DNA from: Antedon mediterranea
Lineage: Eukaryota > Animalia > Echinodermata
DNA: 64,000 nucleotides
Reading direction: 5' to 3'
Assembly: GCF_964355755.1 (NCBI RefSeq)
Contig: NC_092680.1
Span: forward strand, 18,857,045 to 18,921,044
A program made the position numbers and the translations under genes. Each line of letters begins with the position of its first letter. Within the stretch, counting starts at the first letter, position 1. The notes beneath the pieces were generated by a model that worked only from the letters and a program-made list of their open reading frames with translations, was not told the DNA's origin and did no database searches. Below, piece after piece: positions 12,799 through 26,800 of this stretch.

Positions 12799-14811
12799 AT
12801 GGAGGTGCACGAAGCTGCATCAAATGGGGATAGTGATCAAATTGAAGCATTAATGAAGACGGCTAGATACGATGTGAATCTACCAGATCTAGAATGGGAT
12901 AGTCGTACACCTTTACATTGGGCAGCAATAAAAGGCAAGCTAGCTGCTGTAGTGTAGGCTAGGCCTATTTTATTAGTCATCCATGCATGGCCAGCCTATC
13001 ATTCTAAATGCCTAATCTTATGAGAGAGAGGTGCATGATTTAAAACATTGAACATGACAGGAACTTAACTTACTAGCCCAGAGGCCTAGCACTTTTAACC
13101 TAATCCATAAGGGTCCCCATGGTTCTAAGCCTTGTCCATTAAAGATAACAACCCTCCGAAGTAATTTATTATTTTATTTTGCTTACTATTAACACAGGAA
13201 CAAAGTTCCCACTTTCTTACAGGCAATGTTTAACAAAAATATAATATTAAAAAATATTCAAAATTTAGATAAAATAACCTGCCCACCACCCACATAATTA
13301 TTAATATAACTAAACATAAAACATAACAAAGATGTTAAAGGAAGGCTTAAGGACAATTGACAACAAAGAAATGATACATGGTAGACAGACAATAAAATAA
13401 TATTATATTCCTATATAATATGCCTACTAAGAATAACCTATGAGATGTACTGATGATGCATTTGTACACAATATGCCTAATATTTGACTGTTGTGTTTAC
13501 ATGTTAATTGGAATTATTATTTTCAGGCCATGCTGAGTGTACAAGGGTGTTGTTGGACAATGGCGCTGATCCTCGAATGGCAACAGAGAGTGGTTGGACG
13601 GCTGCACACTTTGCGGCTGAGATTGGTAAAGTCGGCGTTCTTCGTGTCTTACAAAAGTTCAAAGCTCCGATGAACATGCAAGACAATTCTGGGGATACAC
13701 CCAGAGACATCGCACAGTTGTACGGCCATTATGAATGTGTTGATTATTTTGATATGTAAGTAATGTATTATAATTAATTTACTGTAATTAACTTACAGTA
13801 TTTCATTTATATTTGGAGTAAAGCTCTGTCTACATCAAACTTTATGTGACAAAAAAGTGTGATGTGCCCATATATGGAGCATATCACACTTTTCTTGTTA
13901 AACTAGTTTGATAGTGTAGACAGAGCTTTAAAACAAATATATCAATTTAAATGTCATGGCTAGCTAATGCACTTGTCAATTGCATGACCCACTATACGAC
14001 CCCCGGGAGAGGTGCGTCATTTGTCCGATGTGCGTCATACTTTTGAATACCATGACGCACCCGTGCGTCAAAAAAGGTGACTTACCTTTAGGTGACCATG
14101 ACGCACCCATTTTGACGCACTGTGACCATGTTGTTTATGATATGGTGGGTGGTAAAGTGACGGTCATTGACACACCTTGTTCATTGATGCGACGTACCAT
14201 CTAGGTTTTTTGACGCACCCCTGCGTCAGTAATTATTTGTAAATGACGCACCCATGACGCACCTCTCCCGGGGGTCGTATAGTGGGTCATACAATTGACA
14301 AGTGCATAAGTGATCCAGTATATATATTTCGTTTAACTTTTACGTGTAAAGTTTGTTTTTATTATCTAAAATTTAATTTAAAAATATTTTAAACCTGACA
14401 GGACCAATTTGAACGTTATTGAAAATGCAATCCAATAACAACCTAAGAGTAAACCTGAAAAATAAATTGTCAAAATATATTATCGAGTTTGTTTACATTT
14501 TATAAAAGTGGATTATAAAATAACAAAACACTTATTGAAGTAATATTAATTATCACTAAGTAAACTTCTCTCATGATTAAATTGTAAATAAGCTGCTGTT
14601 TTTATCTTTTGTGTACAATATTAATGCCAATTATAATTGTTGATTGTTTTATTATTATAGATTAGAACATGAAGCGGTCGAGAAAGAGCTGCAAGAATTA
14701 GAAGATGAAAGAATTAGCAACTTTGAACAAATGTCAAAAAAGAAAAAAGGAAAGAAACCAAATTCAGCATCAAAAACCAAAATTTCAAATAGTTCGGAAA
14801 ATGTTTTATAA
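12799..14811 (+). CDS. ANKRD66: Ankyrin repeat domain-containing protein 66-like, 3 coding exons
   Basis: Exons 12799-12934, 13527-13755, 14661-14811: MEVHEAASNGD...[50 protein letters not shown]...GDTPRDIAQLYG, closely resembling ANKRD66 ([37 protein letters not shown]). Intron 1 has a GC donor. Confidence 0.85.
13968..14306. mobile_element. MITE with ~53-bp TIRs and TAA target duplication (Harbinger-like)
   Basis: TAA-TGCACTTGTCAATTGCATGACCCACTATACGACCCCCGGGAGAGGTGCGTCAT ... inverse ...TGCA-TAA; internal TGACGCACC repeats. Confidence 0.9.
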
Positions 14812-14845
14812 AAAAAGAATATTTATAGTTTATATTATTATGCAT

Positions 14846-15662
14846 TTTATATTATATTTATAGTGCCTTTTTTAGTATCTTTATATTATATTTATAGTGC
14901 CTTTTTTAGTATCTTTATATTATATTTATAGTGCCTTTTTTAGTATCTTTATATTATATTTATAGTGCCTTTTTTAGTATCTTTATATTATATTTATAGT
15001 GCCTTTTTTAGTATCTTTATATTATATTTATAGTGCCTTTTTTAGTATCTTTATATTATATTTATAGTGCCTTTTTTAGTATCTTTATATTGTATTTATA
15101 GTGCCTTTTTTAGTATCTTTATATTGTATTTATAGTGCCTTTTTTAGTATCTTTATATTATATTTATAGTGCCTTTTTTAGTATCTTTATATTATATTTA
15201 TAGTGCCTTTTTTAGTATCTTTATATTATATTTATAGTGCCTTTTTTAGTATCTTTATATTATATTTATAGTGCCTTTTTTAGTATCTTTATATTATATT
15301 TATAGTGCCTTTTTTAGTATCTTTATATTATATTTATAGTGCCTTTTTTAGTATCTTTATATTATATTTATAGTGCCTTTTTTAGTATCTTTATATTATA
15401 TTTATAGTGCCTTTTTTAGTATCTTTATATTATATTTATAGTGCCTTTTTTAGTATCTTTATATTATATTTATAGTGCCTTTTTTAGTATCTTTATATTA
15501 TATTTATAGTGCCTTTTTTAGTATCTTTATATTATATTTATAGTGCCTTTTTTAGTATCTTTATATTATATTTATAGTGCCTTTTTTAGTATCTTTATAT
15601 TATATTTATAGTGCCTTTTTTAGTATCTTTACATTATATTTATAGTGCCTTTTTTAGTATCT
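14846..15662. repeat. 34-bp minisatellite (TTTATATTATATTTATAGTGCCTTTTTTAGTATC) x ~24
   Basis: Almost perfect tandem copies starting ~35 nt after the ANKRD66 stop. Confidence 0.98.
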
Positions 15663-15914
15663 TGTATGTAGTATTCTTCAGAATCAAGTAAATGCAACAA
15701 TTTTAAACTGTCTGTTCAGATTTTAACGTACTGTAATTCTTAATATTGTAATAAAATATAGAGCAAAAATGGTAGAAATGGGTTGACATATATATTGTAG
15801 TTAGTATATACTGTAGTTCTGGATGCAAAGAGATATTTTTTTCAAATATTGTAGTTTTTTTATATCAATTATTTATGCACTAATATTGCTATATAACTTG
15901 CCATATCACATCAT

Positions 15915-16275
15915 GGTGTCATAGGACAAAGTTATGTCAAAAAATAAAAGTGTCGTTTGACATTTGATAAAATACGCTAATATTGCGATTGTCATCTTAT
16001 AGTGTCAAATTACGAAGTTATATCGCAAAATAAAACTGTAACAATTTTCCAATTTCTTGACGAAATCTCAATACTATAGTACAGTATCATGGTAACGGTG
16101 TCATAGGACAAAGTTATGTCAAAAAATAAGAGGGTTGCAATTTGACAAATTGCTACATATGCACATACTTGCCTTATTGTCATCTGATACAGTGTCAAAT
16201 GATGAAGTTATATCAAAAAATAAAACGGTAACAATTTTCCAATTTCTTGACGAAATCTTGGTACTAGAGTACAGT
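15915..16275. repeat. ~183-bp tandem duplication
   Basis: GGTGTCATAGGACAAAGTTATGTCAAAAAATAA...AATTTCTTGACGAAATCT occurs twice. Confidence 0.85.
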
Positions 16276-17847
16276 ACATGTATTTTTTCAAAAGAACACC
16301 CAAAATACAAATGAATGTAATCAAATTACATCTATGCTTGAATCATCAAAATCATGCTTAAGAAAATATTACAGTAGAGAAAACAATTCAATATTTAGAA
16401 CACTTTTATTGAGGCAAGCAATAATATAGACTGAGTATTGTGTGATTTAAATCAAATGAAATAAATACACAAAAAAAACACGCTATTAAATAGAATAGAC
16501 TAAAATGATTAAAATAAGTTCACATTTTTGCATCAAATAAAATAGTATTGTATTCAGATATTCAATATGATAATTATTATATTACATTCATTATTAATTC
16601 ATTTTTTGATGGTAATTGATATATTAATTATGTAATCATTCGAAAACATACAATTTACAATGCTTTTCTGCATCTAAAAGTGAACCTGTATTTAGTACTG
16701 TAAATATTTACCTAGGTTATTTACCTGGACTCAATTGCGACTTATTCAATGCTCAAACCAAAAACATTTTCAGATAATTTATTCTCTCTATTTTTAATTT
16801 ATTCACCCCATTCAAACAATTTTTAAAATAATATAAAACAATATTTATTAATAATATACATATCAAATACAATATTCTCTATTTTAAAAACATGATTTAA
16901 TGAGATGTTTGTCAAAGGCTGGTAAATGAATGTTCTTACAATTACATAGAATTAAATTAGCAGCTGTATCATTGATTTAATGTGATTAGGAAGCATAACC
17001 CTGTGTCTAGATATTAAGTAAAATCAACTGTAATTGTTTTGACAGACCTGCAAAAGAAGCTTTTATTAAAGGTGGTCAACATACAGATAAACCCATGGAT
17101 AAAACAACGATTTGTAATAGTTGGTAACTCCATGTATAACAAAAAAGAGCTACAATTGTATCCGAAATAAATTGTACCCCCAAATTTATTGAATACAACA
17201 TGGTGACTTTTTGATTTTACAATCGATCACAGTATCAAGTCTAACAATCATTCTGCACATGTTCATGCGTTTCTGATTGTGGCCAGAATGACTTGGTATA
17301 GACTTTGTCAATATACTAAAATGCAGTGAAAAATTATATATTATATTTAAATTAAGGTAAAATTGTTCAATGATGCATGTCAATTACATTTTAACAAATT
17401 TATTATCATTCCTCCTCCATTTGCTTCCGTCCTCATTTCTCTCAACATTTTGGTCCGATAATTAATTTTAGAGGGCACACAAATCATTCAATCAATGAAT
17501 CAAAAATATTTCCACTTCCATTTTTACGTTGTTTATTGCGAAAATGAGCGAATAGCGCCACAAGTAGTGCGTTTTTTTTGTATACGAATAGTAAGAGGAA
17601 TCTAGACTATTTTGTTACGCATGAAAACACACATAACAAACAGCAGATCTACCAGTAAACGTATGAATTTCAGTTAAATAAGGTAAGTACATAATCCGGA
17701 TTGATGTCGTTAATAAAAACAAAATGATATATACAAATATTGCCCCGGGTGCAATAGAGACTGGTCAGCTGAAATGTCTGTGTATTAATAAAGGCTGTCA
17801 TGTGCTAAAGTAGGTAGCAACCGAGTGAAGGTATACACATCTTTAAC

Positions 17848-20800
17848 TCATTTTAAAATCTAGAAAAACAAAGAAAGAGTTTATATAAATACAGCCATAC
17901 TGTAGTGTCTATTGAAACAATTGTAAGCTCAAATGATGTATACAGACATGTGAAAGCATAGTGCATTGTCAGCTTGTCTTGTGGCAGTTATTGATACTAA
18001 TTTATAGTTACAGAGGCAACATATATTAACATTAACACTGTACTCATGTTTGAATTACAACTCAAATAGGATTTCCTAGTTCTCAATGGCTTTTGGTATT
18101 ATTATAAGTTAAGAGGATACGAGATAGTTTTAACCAGGATAAACAGAAAAGCATAAGATCATTGAATTTCCTCATTAGTGAGTCTTCACTTTTTGTTATT
18201 GTTGTTGATAAATATGTCAGCTATTCCTTGACATTTTTTTTAAAACCATATTTAATGAGGGTGATCCATCCAGCTATTGTTGATCATTAGGGACCCTCAG
18301 AGGTTCACAAGACAAACATTATATACAAGATGCTTTACATAAACAAAGTCTTATTACAAGCCTTTGGGAGAGGAGTTGTAATTTAGTCCTTTGAAAAAAT
18401 CCTGACATGTGACGGGACTTGAACCCAGGACCCTTGGGGTGGTAGCCAAGCATCATAACCACCAAGCCACAACTCCACATTGATGATTTAAACAAAGCAG
18501 ATTTCCTAAAGTTCTTTCTATACTATCAAACTAGTTTGACAAAACAAGTGTGATGTGCCCAAATATGGACATGATGATGACATATCACTAGCATATTTGG
18601 GCATATAACTGCCATAGTTGGGCACATCACTGCCATATTTGGGCACATCACATTTTTTTGTTCCATAAAGTTTTATAGTGTAGACAGAGCTTAAGGTTGA
18701 CTTACATCAATTACCACCCCAGCAGCTATCGTTGATCCACTATATCGTAACATAAATCGTCCAAGGTCTTTATAGTCTTTGTACAACTCTAAACTTATTG
18801 GTCGTGAAACGTCAATTTCTATTACGGCATTCGTTTGTTTGGTTAGACATCTGCGAATAAATATGCAACAATAAAATGACATCGATATCTTACTGTGAAC
18901 GACCTTATTAAAGTAATAATGTAGGTTTTTTCCTCAAACCAATCTGGCAGTGCTTTAGTGTTATGCATAACAACATTTCTTTTGCAAAGAAAACACCTGT
19001 ATTTACCTTGGTCTCTGTTTGAGTACTTCACCGGTGCTTTTATGCAATATACTTATTAGTTTTCGGACTGTAGCGGGTTCACTTAACGTCTGGTAGTGCA
19101 TTAGCACCTGCACAATTAAACAAATATTCAAAACGTTTAGCAATTAAAGCAAATTTACAGATGAGCAGGAACAGTAAGCAAAAAAAAAAAACACTATGCT
19201 TGTCTACGTGTGTAAATGGCCAATATAGATTCAATGTTTTTTCCCCGTTTACAGTTTACCGCTCGTCTGTGTAAATTGGCCTTTAGGCTAATATTTTATC
19301 AAAACTATATGACAATCACTTCCTAATGAATACCGGAAACGGAAAAAGTTTGATTTCTGACTTACAATTCTAGAGAATAAAAAGTGATGTTACATAAAAC
19401 AAACACTGATTGTTTTGTAATTTATAATATTACTGTATCATTCTTGGATTATTAAAAGATTGTACATATAATATAAACATATAATATATATAAAAAAAAA
19501 CATTTATTAGCTTAAATTTAAATACCTGAAATCCTTTTGTTATTGGTATATCTAAATTAAAAGTAATGACTCTTGCTCTAAAACGAACACAAGACGTAAT
19601 TGGTTGATCAGCACTACATAGAATGTTACCAACGCTAGAAAGAAAAACAAATTGAAACAAATCAATTTGATATTCCTATAAAGCGTGGTTCCCACTAGCG
19701 ACGCAACGCAAGGACGTAACGCAACGCAAGTGCATTGACCCATCACAAGCGATGGCTTATTCGTTTGTGATTGCTAACTGTATATAACTTCGCTTGTCAT
19801 TGGTTAACACGCTTGCGTTGCGTTTACGTCCTTGCGTTACGTTCTAGTGGGAACCAAGCTTCAAGATGCTTTGAATTTAAGTTGGTTAAAATGGTTGTTA
19901 ATCCTCTGGCCCATAGAGTTATTACACTATCTATTATACCAGCTATGTGGTTGCTGTTGGATGTGTTGCGAGGTAATTTCCTGCATGATAGCAATCAAAA
20001 ACGGTACTGGGTTTGGTCTACTAGCGTTCCTGCTGCCAACTAGTCATCCATTCACAGAAGCGTTGATGAAGCAAGCCTACCTGGTTGTGACTATAAAGTT
20101 ATTACACATCTATTATACTAGATATATGGTCGCTGTTGGATGTGTTCTGAAATACAATAAAACCCCTAAAAGGGACACCTTTGGAAACAAGTGTGTAGAG
20201 TGTCCCATGAATAGAAGTTGGCATTGTGTAAAACATGTATTTTCACTTCATTTGTTATGGAAGTTTCCCCTTAATAGATAGGAGGAGTAGCTAGGCATGA
20301 TGATGAATGAGACAACCCTAGGGTAGTAAGCTTAGGGTAGGCCTAGGTTGGTTTGTTTTATTTGATTTCCACAAAAATACATAAAAATAATATTTCTTTA
20401 TAAAGGTCTCTAGGCAGTAGACCCCAGCTAGCTAGACTAAAAGGTATATTTCCATTAAATAAACGTTCGGGACTTTTGTTCAATTTTGTATAAATCGGTT
20501 AAAAAAAATAAAGTATAGAGCCAACTAAATCGTGTCTTATGAATAGAGGTAGGTTATAGTGTCAACAAACTTTAATAGGGGTGTAGGAAAAGAAGGGGTT
20601 CAACTGTAATTGATAAATAGAGAATAGAAACTTACGTGACATTCATCTGGTCTATTCCAGTTATTGTTAGTGTGGTGTGGTCCCCTGCACACGCCCACTT
20701 CACATCCTCTTCATGGATAAACACAGCTGTACAAACATGTGTAAATAATTAACTAAACTAACTAACTTTACGAATTAATAGACGCTTCTTATATAACTTT

Positions 20801-23800
20801 ACAAAAAAATGTAATGACAAAAAACAAAAAGATCGACGTTTCAGAACCATCATGAAACTATTTTCAAGATCAAGTGATTAAATAATACAAAAACAACAAA
20901 CACCAATGGGTGACAGGAAATACTAATTAATTGGTTAATTAACTTCAAAGATGGCCTACAATACTAAGAAATTAAGTATCAATTAAACTTGATATTGAAA
21001 ATGGTATGTATACTAAAATAAACCAAACACTGTATTATTTTTAAGACTTTAATCTAATTTAAGATTATATAATTCAAGTAGAGTAATTCATATTGAAAGT
21101 GACACCACCAAATAAAGCACTAATATTTAAAATCATTAGAGTATTAAAATTACCACCATATTCTCTGTACTCTATCTCCACATATGGCATTTATGTCCAG
21201 TATCTATAATACAGTTTCACATATGTATCGCATATGGCGCCTGTATTACGTTACTGTTATGTTCCGTTATATAGGCATCACATGTGATAAATATGTGACA
21301 ATGTATTATTCTCTGTACTGTACCTCCACATGGCATGTATGTGCAGCCTGTATTTTGCTACAGTTATGTTCTATAAGCATCATATGTGATACATGACACT
21401 GTATTACAGAATTTTCCTATGATGATCGACAAATTATAAATACAGTATTACTAATTACTGTCTAATATTTGGAATACCTACATTTAACAACTCCAGTATC
21501 TCCAGCTGGCATGACCACTACTTTCTGTCCAGCCTGTACACTACCAGAGACTATCTTACCACTTAGACTAAAACCAGATCCCATACCTTGAAGAACAATT
21601 TATTATAATTAATTGATACCTCAGAAGATAACCTATGAAATAATAGTTACAATCATACAGCAATCGGCTGATTTGGACCAGCTGTATTGTGAGATGGTTT
21701 GGGTTATCAATAATTTGGTATTACAAAATAAAACAATGGCAAAAATACTTGAAATAAGAAGTTGCTCATTTAGACAAATAATAAATATAATCATGTTACC
21801 TTTGAATACATCAGAAACACATAGCCTAAATGGTTTGTCTATTGACCGCTTTGGAGGTTTCAAAGAGTCTGGAAAAAAAAGTCACAAAAACCCATTACAT
21901 ACCATCTAAATGTTTTAAACTTTAACAACAATAAGTAGGAGTGGAGGGTTCACTGTTATAAGAATATTATCCATTTCACATTTCCTAACAAAGCACATGG
22001 CATACAAAACACTGGTGTTAATTTATGTGGAGCATCTTGTACAGTGGCATAATGCAGAGGTCAAAGGCCTCTGGTTTAGGAACCCTAAGTGGCCATCCAA
22101 CGCTGGAGGCTACTGGAATTTTTTTAGCCTTTTTCGACATATTTTAATGCCTGTTTTTTTTCTCTTGACACTGCTCAGAGGCCTCCATGAGCTCCGGGGC
22201 CTCTAGGTTTAGTCAGTGAGCGCTCATAGCCGATACACCACTGATCTTGTGTGTATGTTTGGGAATGGATTATCAACAATAAGTTTGAACAGACAGTGAT
22301 AACATTCATTATTGCCAATTCACCTAAATACATAAGTACATGATTTCTTTTTGGTAAAATTGAAAGTGCTCCTTGAAAAGCATACACACAAAACCTCATT
22401 AGTTTTCATATAACGTAATCAAATATCCTACCTATATATTCTAGCAAACATTTATTCTTGTACCATTGTCGTAGCAGTTTCTCATGTGTTCTTTTAGCTA
22501 GGTTTTCTCCTGTTAAGCCACTGCAAGGCACATATACTAAATCGGATTCCTGAAGTATTAACAACATTTGATAGTAAACAATTTAAAAAGATCAACTTAA
22601 TAATTTAAAAAGGAATGGGGTACCATACCTATCTCATCATTAATTCATATTAGTGACTTGACTAAAAATAACAGTTTTAATAAGGAAAACATAAAAATAA
22701 ATATAAACAGCAGGACAAGGATGTAACGCAACGCAAGTGAATTGACCAATCACAAGCGATGGCTTATTCGCTTGTGATTGCTAACTGTCTATAACTTGGC
22801 TTGTCATTGGTCAACACGCTTGCGTTGCGTTTACGTCCTTGCGTTATGTTCTAGTGGGAACCAAGCTTAAGGGACTCTTTCCTGTGAAACGAAGGGGAAA
22901 CATGCGTCTTAACAATACAGTTGACCCTTATTAAGGGGACACATTGCTGGGTCCCAACGTATCTCCTTAATAGAGGCTCAACTGTATATAAAATGTATTA
23001 AGAACAATTACCTTAAATCCTGCAACCTGTTTCAGGAACTGACTTAATTTGTTTACAATTTCAGTAAATCTATCTTCAGACCAATCCACTGTGTCTAACT
23101 TATTGACAGCCACTACAAGCTGCGTGACCCCTAATGACCTGACAAGCATGGCATGTTCTCGGGTCTGACCTCCAGAATCAAAACCGGTCTCAAACTCTCC
23201 TCGAGTTGCATCAACTACTAATACAGCGACATCAGCCTTAAAAAGAGAAATGTGATAAATTATCAGAATATAATCCTATATGATTGTAAATCTGTCTCCA
23301 CTATCACAATAAATAATGTGCTCAAATATGGTAGTAATATGACATCATTATGGGCACATAACATCTTTTTGTCGCATAAGGTTTGATAGTGTAGACAGAG
23401 TATTAGAAAATCAATTTGTTCGTCAATTTTGAGATTTTTATTTTTAATGTAAATAACATTTAAACAAATTTCAAACAATACACACTACAACAAGAACAAG
23501 TTAAGTATCCAACTAAACTAAAATTAAACTGATTTTTATAATAGCATTTATTTAAAAAAAAAATAAAATCAAGAAATTAATAAAAGTGAAGCTTACCTGT
23601 GCAGCACCTGTGATCATGTTTGGTATAAAATCTTTGTGTCCAGGTGCATCAAGAAGAGTGATTATTCTGTGCTCAGTCTCAAACTTATTAATACCCACAT
23701 CCATGGTGATTCCTCTACACAACAAAAAACACAATGATTATATGAATGACATTTTGAAGAGTTAAATCGGTCTATACTAGTATAAAAGGATAGCAGGTTT

Positions 23801-26800
23801 ATTAGACAACTGAACTTTACCTATACATAGGGAAACTCTGTAATACAGCATCTTATGTATTTCTCATGTGATGCCTGTATCATGGAAGGTTAGGTTACCA
23901 GTTAGGTTATGGTCTAAAATACAGGCTTCACATGTGATGCTGTATCATAGAATTTGCCTATGATACAAGGCAAATTAATACCTCTGTCTTTCTTCACCAG
24001 TTTCATCTAAAACCCATGCATATGCAAATGAGGCTTTGCCTTGTTTCTTTGATTCTTGTTCATATTTATGCATTGTTTTTTGGTTAACGTTACCCAGCTG
24101 GTGTAGCAAGTGGCCCATCAATGTTGACTTGCCCGCATCTACATGCCCGATGACTACAAGATTTAGGAGTGGCTTGCCAGATTGCCTTTCTTCAAAGGCC
24201 TTAGAAATGTCTATGCTCTGCGAAAAAATAAAATATATCTTCTGTATATTTTTTTCGTATTCTTATCTCGATTACTACAATATCTGAAATTGACATAGAT
24301 CTTAGTATATCCATTTAAAAGCTTGATAGTCCAGTCAAAAAATCACCCTCACCATGGTATAAAGTGCGCCCTCATTTAAAAGCTTGATAGTCCAGTCAAA
24401 AATCACCCTCACCATGGTATAAAGTGCGCCCTCATTTAAAAGCTTGATAGTCCAGTCAAAAATCACCCTCACCATGGTATAAAGTGCGCCCCCATTTAAA
24501 AGCTTGATAGTCCAGTCAAAAATCACCCTCACCCTGGTATAAAGTGCGCCCTCATTTAAAAGCTTGAGTATTTATACAAAAGTAAATAACCACCATAAGT
24601 TAACAATTTTCTTTTATAGAGTGAAAACTATTATTATAAAAATGATTACCAATTTGCCACTTTTGTTTTTTGGAATTGTTGATCCTGCCATAGAGAGCAA
24701 ATCTGGTGTGCTTCGTACTGTTGGTAGCTTTGGATGTCTGAAAATGTAAAACAGTTAAAACTGTTACAAGTAATAGTAGGTATATGCAAAATAAGGATGT
24801 TTGGAAACAGTGCTGTGAGGCTATAAATCAGGGTTCACACATACTTTTGTTTATTAATTTCCATGACCTTTCCTAACCAGAATAAAGGCCAATTTACACA
24901 GACGAGCGGTAACGGTATGTGTGTGGTAGGCTACTGCTCTAGGCCTACTGACAGTCAGTCATATTAGGCTAGTATAGGTCAGCAGTGCTTGCAACATGCA
25001 GTAGCCTCAAGGCCTACAAGCACCTACTTTCTGCCACACTGCTCGCAAATTCCACGCGCTGTGTAAATGGGACAAGCTACACGGTTTTTGCTTACCATTA
25101 CCGCTTACCATTCGTCTGTAAATTGGCCTTTATGACGAATTCAGTCCTGGAAATTACTTATAAGAAATAATGTCAGGCTTTTTCCAGCTTTTCAATGACC
25201 ACACACATGAATCCTGTAAAATGCTACTTACGCCAATAGCTCTGCCTTTCTTCCAGAATCCACAGAGAAGCGCTTACCCATTCCTGAGTCATCAGAGGTG
25301 ACATTAAAGCCCCTGGTGACACTCCTTGTGGGAGAGGTGACATTCTTCTTGGTGGGAGGGGGCTGCAAAGGTACAGTAAGTGCACTATCTGATGTTGTAA
25401 CATTCACGCCTTCAGAGAGAATGGTTAAATAGAAACTAATACATATTTAATTTAGATAAAACATGAATGTGATTAAATCATGACTTTTATGAATAACAAA
25501 TAAATACTGTAATAAATTAAAAAATTTAAATATAACAATTTTCTATTTCATTCTTAAGGGCCACAAGGAAATATGTTTGACCATTGGTTACTTTTTGTGC
25601 TACCCTGAATTCATTCCTATACTATTTTTTAATGTTATTATTGTTTTGAATTCGAATAAAAAAATGGAAATTGAAACCCAATTACTAGTCACTAATTCTA
25701 TTAGCCTAAACGATAGGAACATTTTGTGCTCAACTTAAAATCTGTTAAGTATGTTTTCTAATCAAATGGTAAAACTTGTTTTGAATGATGAAAATGCCAA
25801 ATTTTTAAAAAGGATAATCCTCTTTTCACCTGTGAAGTGAAAAATGATTTGATATTGTGAAATATGATCTTTACTCTTCTAGGTCCAATAAAGTGAAATA
25901 TGATCTTTACTCTTCCAGGTCAAATAAAAAGTACTCTTTGTGTGTATTAATTTGATTTATCAAACAGCTACAACAAAATGTCCTAACAATACTTACTATC
26001 TCCCTTGGTTCTTTTAAAAGCTTTACTTTGTCTTTCTTTAATGATGTCATCAGGAGAGGGAGTTAAAAAATCAAACGGAACAATTGCTTTATAACTTTGA
26101 TACAAGTTCTCTGACAACTGCCTTTTATATTGAAATGTGTCAGCGCATGGCAGCTCTGGTGGGCTGAGTGACTGATGGTAAGGTGATGTTGACAGTGACT
26201 GCAGATGTCCAGGAAGAACTCTGGTTTGAAGTTCTGCACATACAGCTTTTGAGAAGGCAGACATCCGAGCCATCAGAGCTGGTTCGGATTCCTGTTCGTT
26301 AAAAATCTGTGGAATGATTTTTGGTTGGTTTCCTATTTCGACTACCATCTGGTCTTTTTCTTTCTGGTGACCTTTCTGTCGTCTTCTTCTAGCATTTCTT
26401 GGTCGGTGAGTCACTGTTTCTTCCGGACTGCTACTGGATTGACAGTCAATGGTTGACTTCTTAAGAGCGATAATACTGGTTTGTGTAGTCTTGGTAATTT
26501 TAGGTACAGGAATTGATTGTTCTTTATTAAGGTGAGTAGTCGCTAAAGCATTCAATGACGCACCACCTCCAGGTGAACCAAATTGAACACCTCCAACAAT
26601 TTTATTTTGAGGACTACCCGACAGATGATTGGAAGCTAGTGCACTTAATGATACTGCTTTAGCAGACGTTTGCCCATTTGAATCTTTTTCTGAACAGCTT
26701 TTCCCACTGCTGTGAAAGCGTACATTAGCTAAGGCAGAAAGTGATTGCCCTCTGCCAGGGTTAGCTTTAGGCCCAGAGCCTAGATGCATTTTAGCCAAGT

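Noticed and set aside
14846-15662. Regular ~34-bp periodicity resembling a CRISPR array
   Set aside because: Head-to-tail identical units with no unique spacers; eukaryotic context
18691-18705. HBS1L ending at VSQP* as in the ORF track
   Set aside because: A consensus GAT|gtaagt donor and a downstream ILK* exon (17848-17859) fit the conserved C-terminus better
19771-20281. ORFs starting [10 protein letters not shown] (also 35241-35525)
   Set aside because: Translations of family-B MITE termini running into intronic sequence
20290-20440. TAGGCCTA-rich tract suggesting an internal HBS1L promoter
   Set aside because: Lies inside a TA-flanked pogo-like MITE (20155-20606), so it is more likely carried by the element
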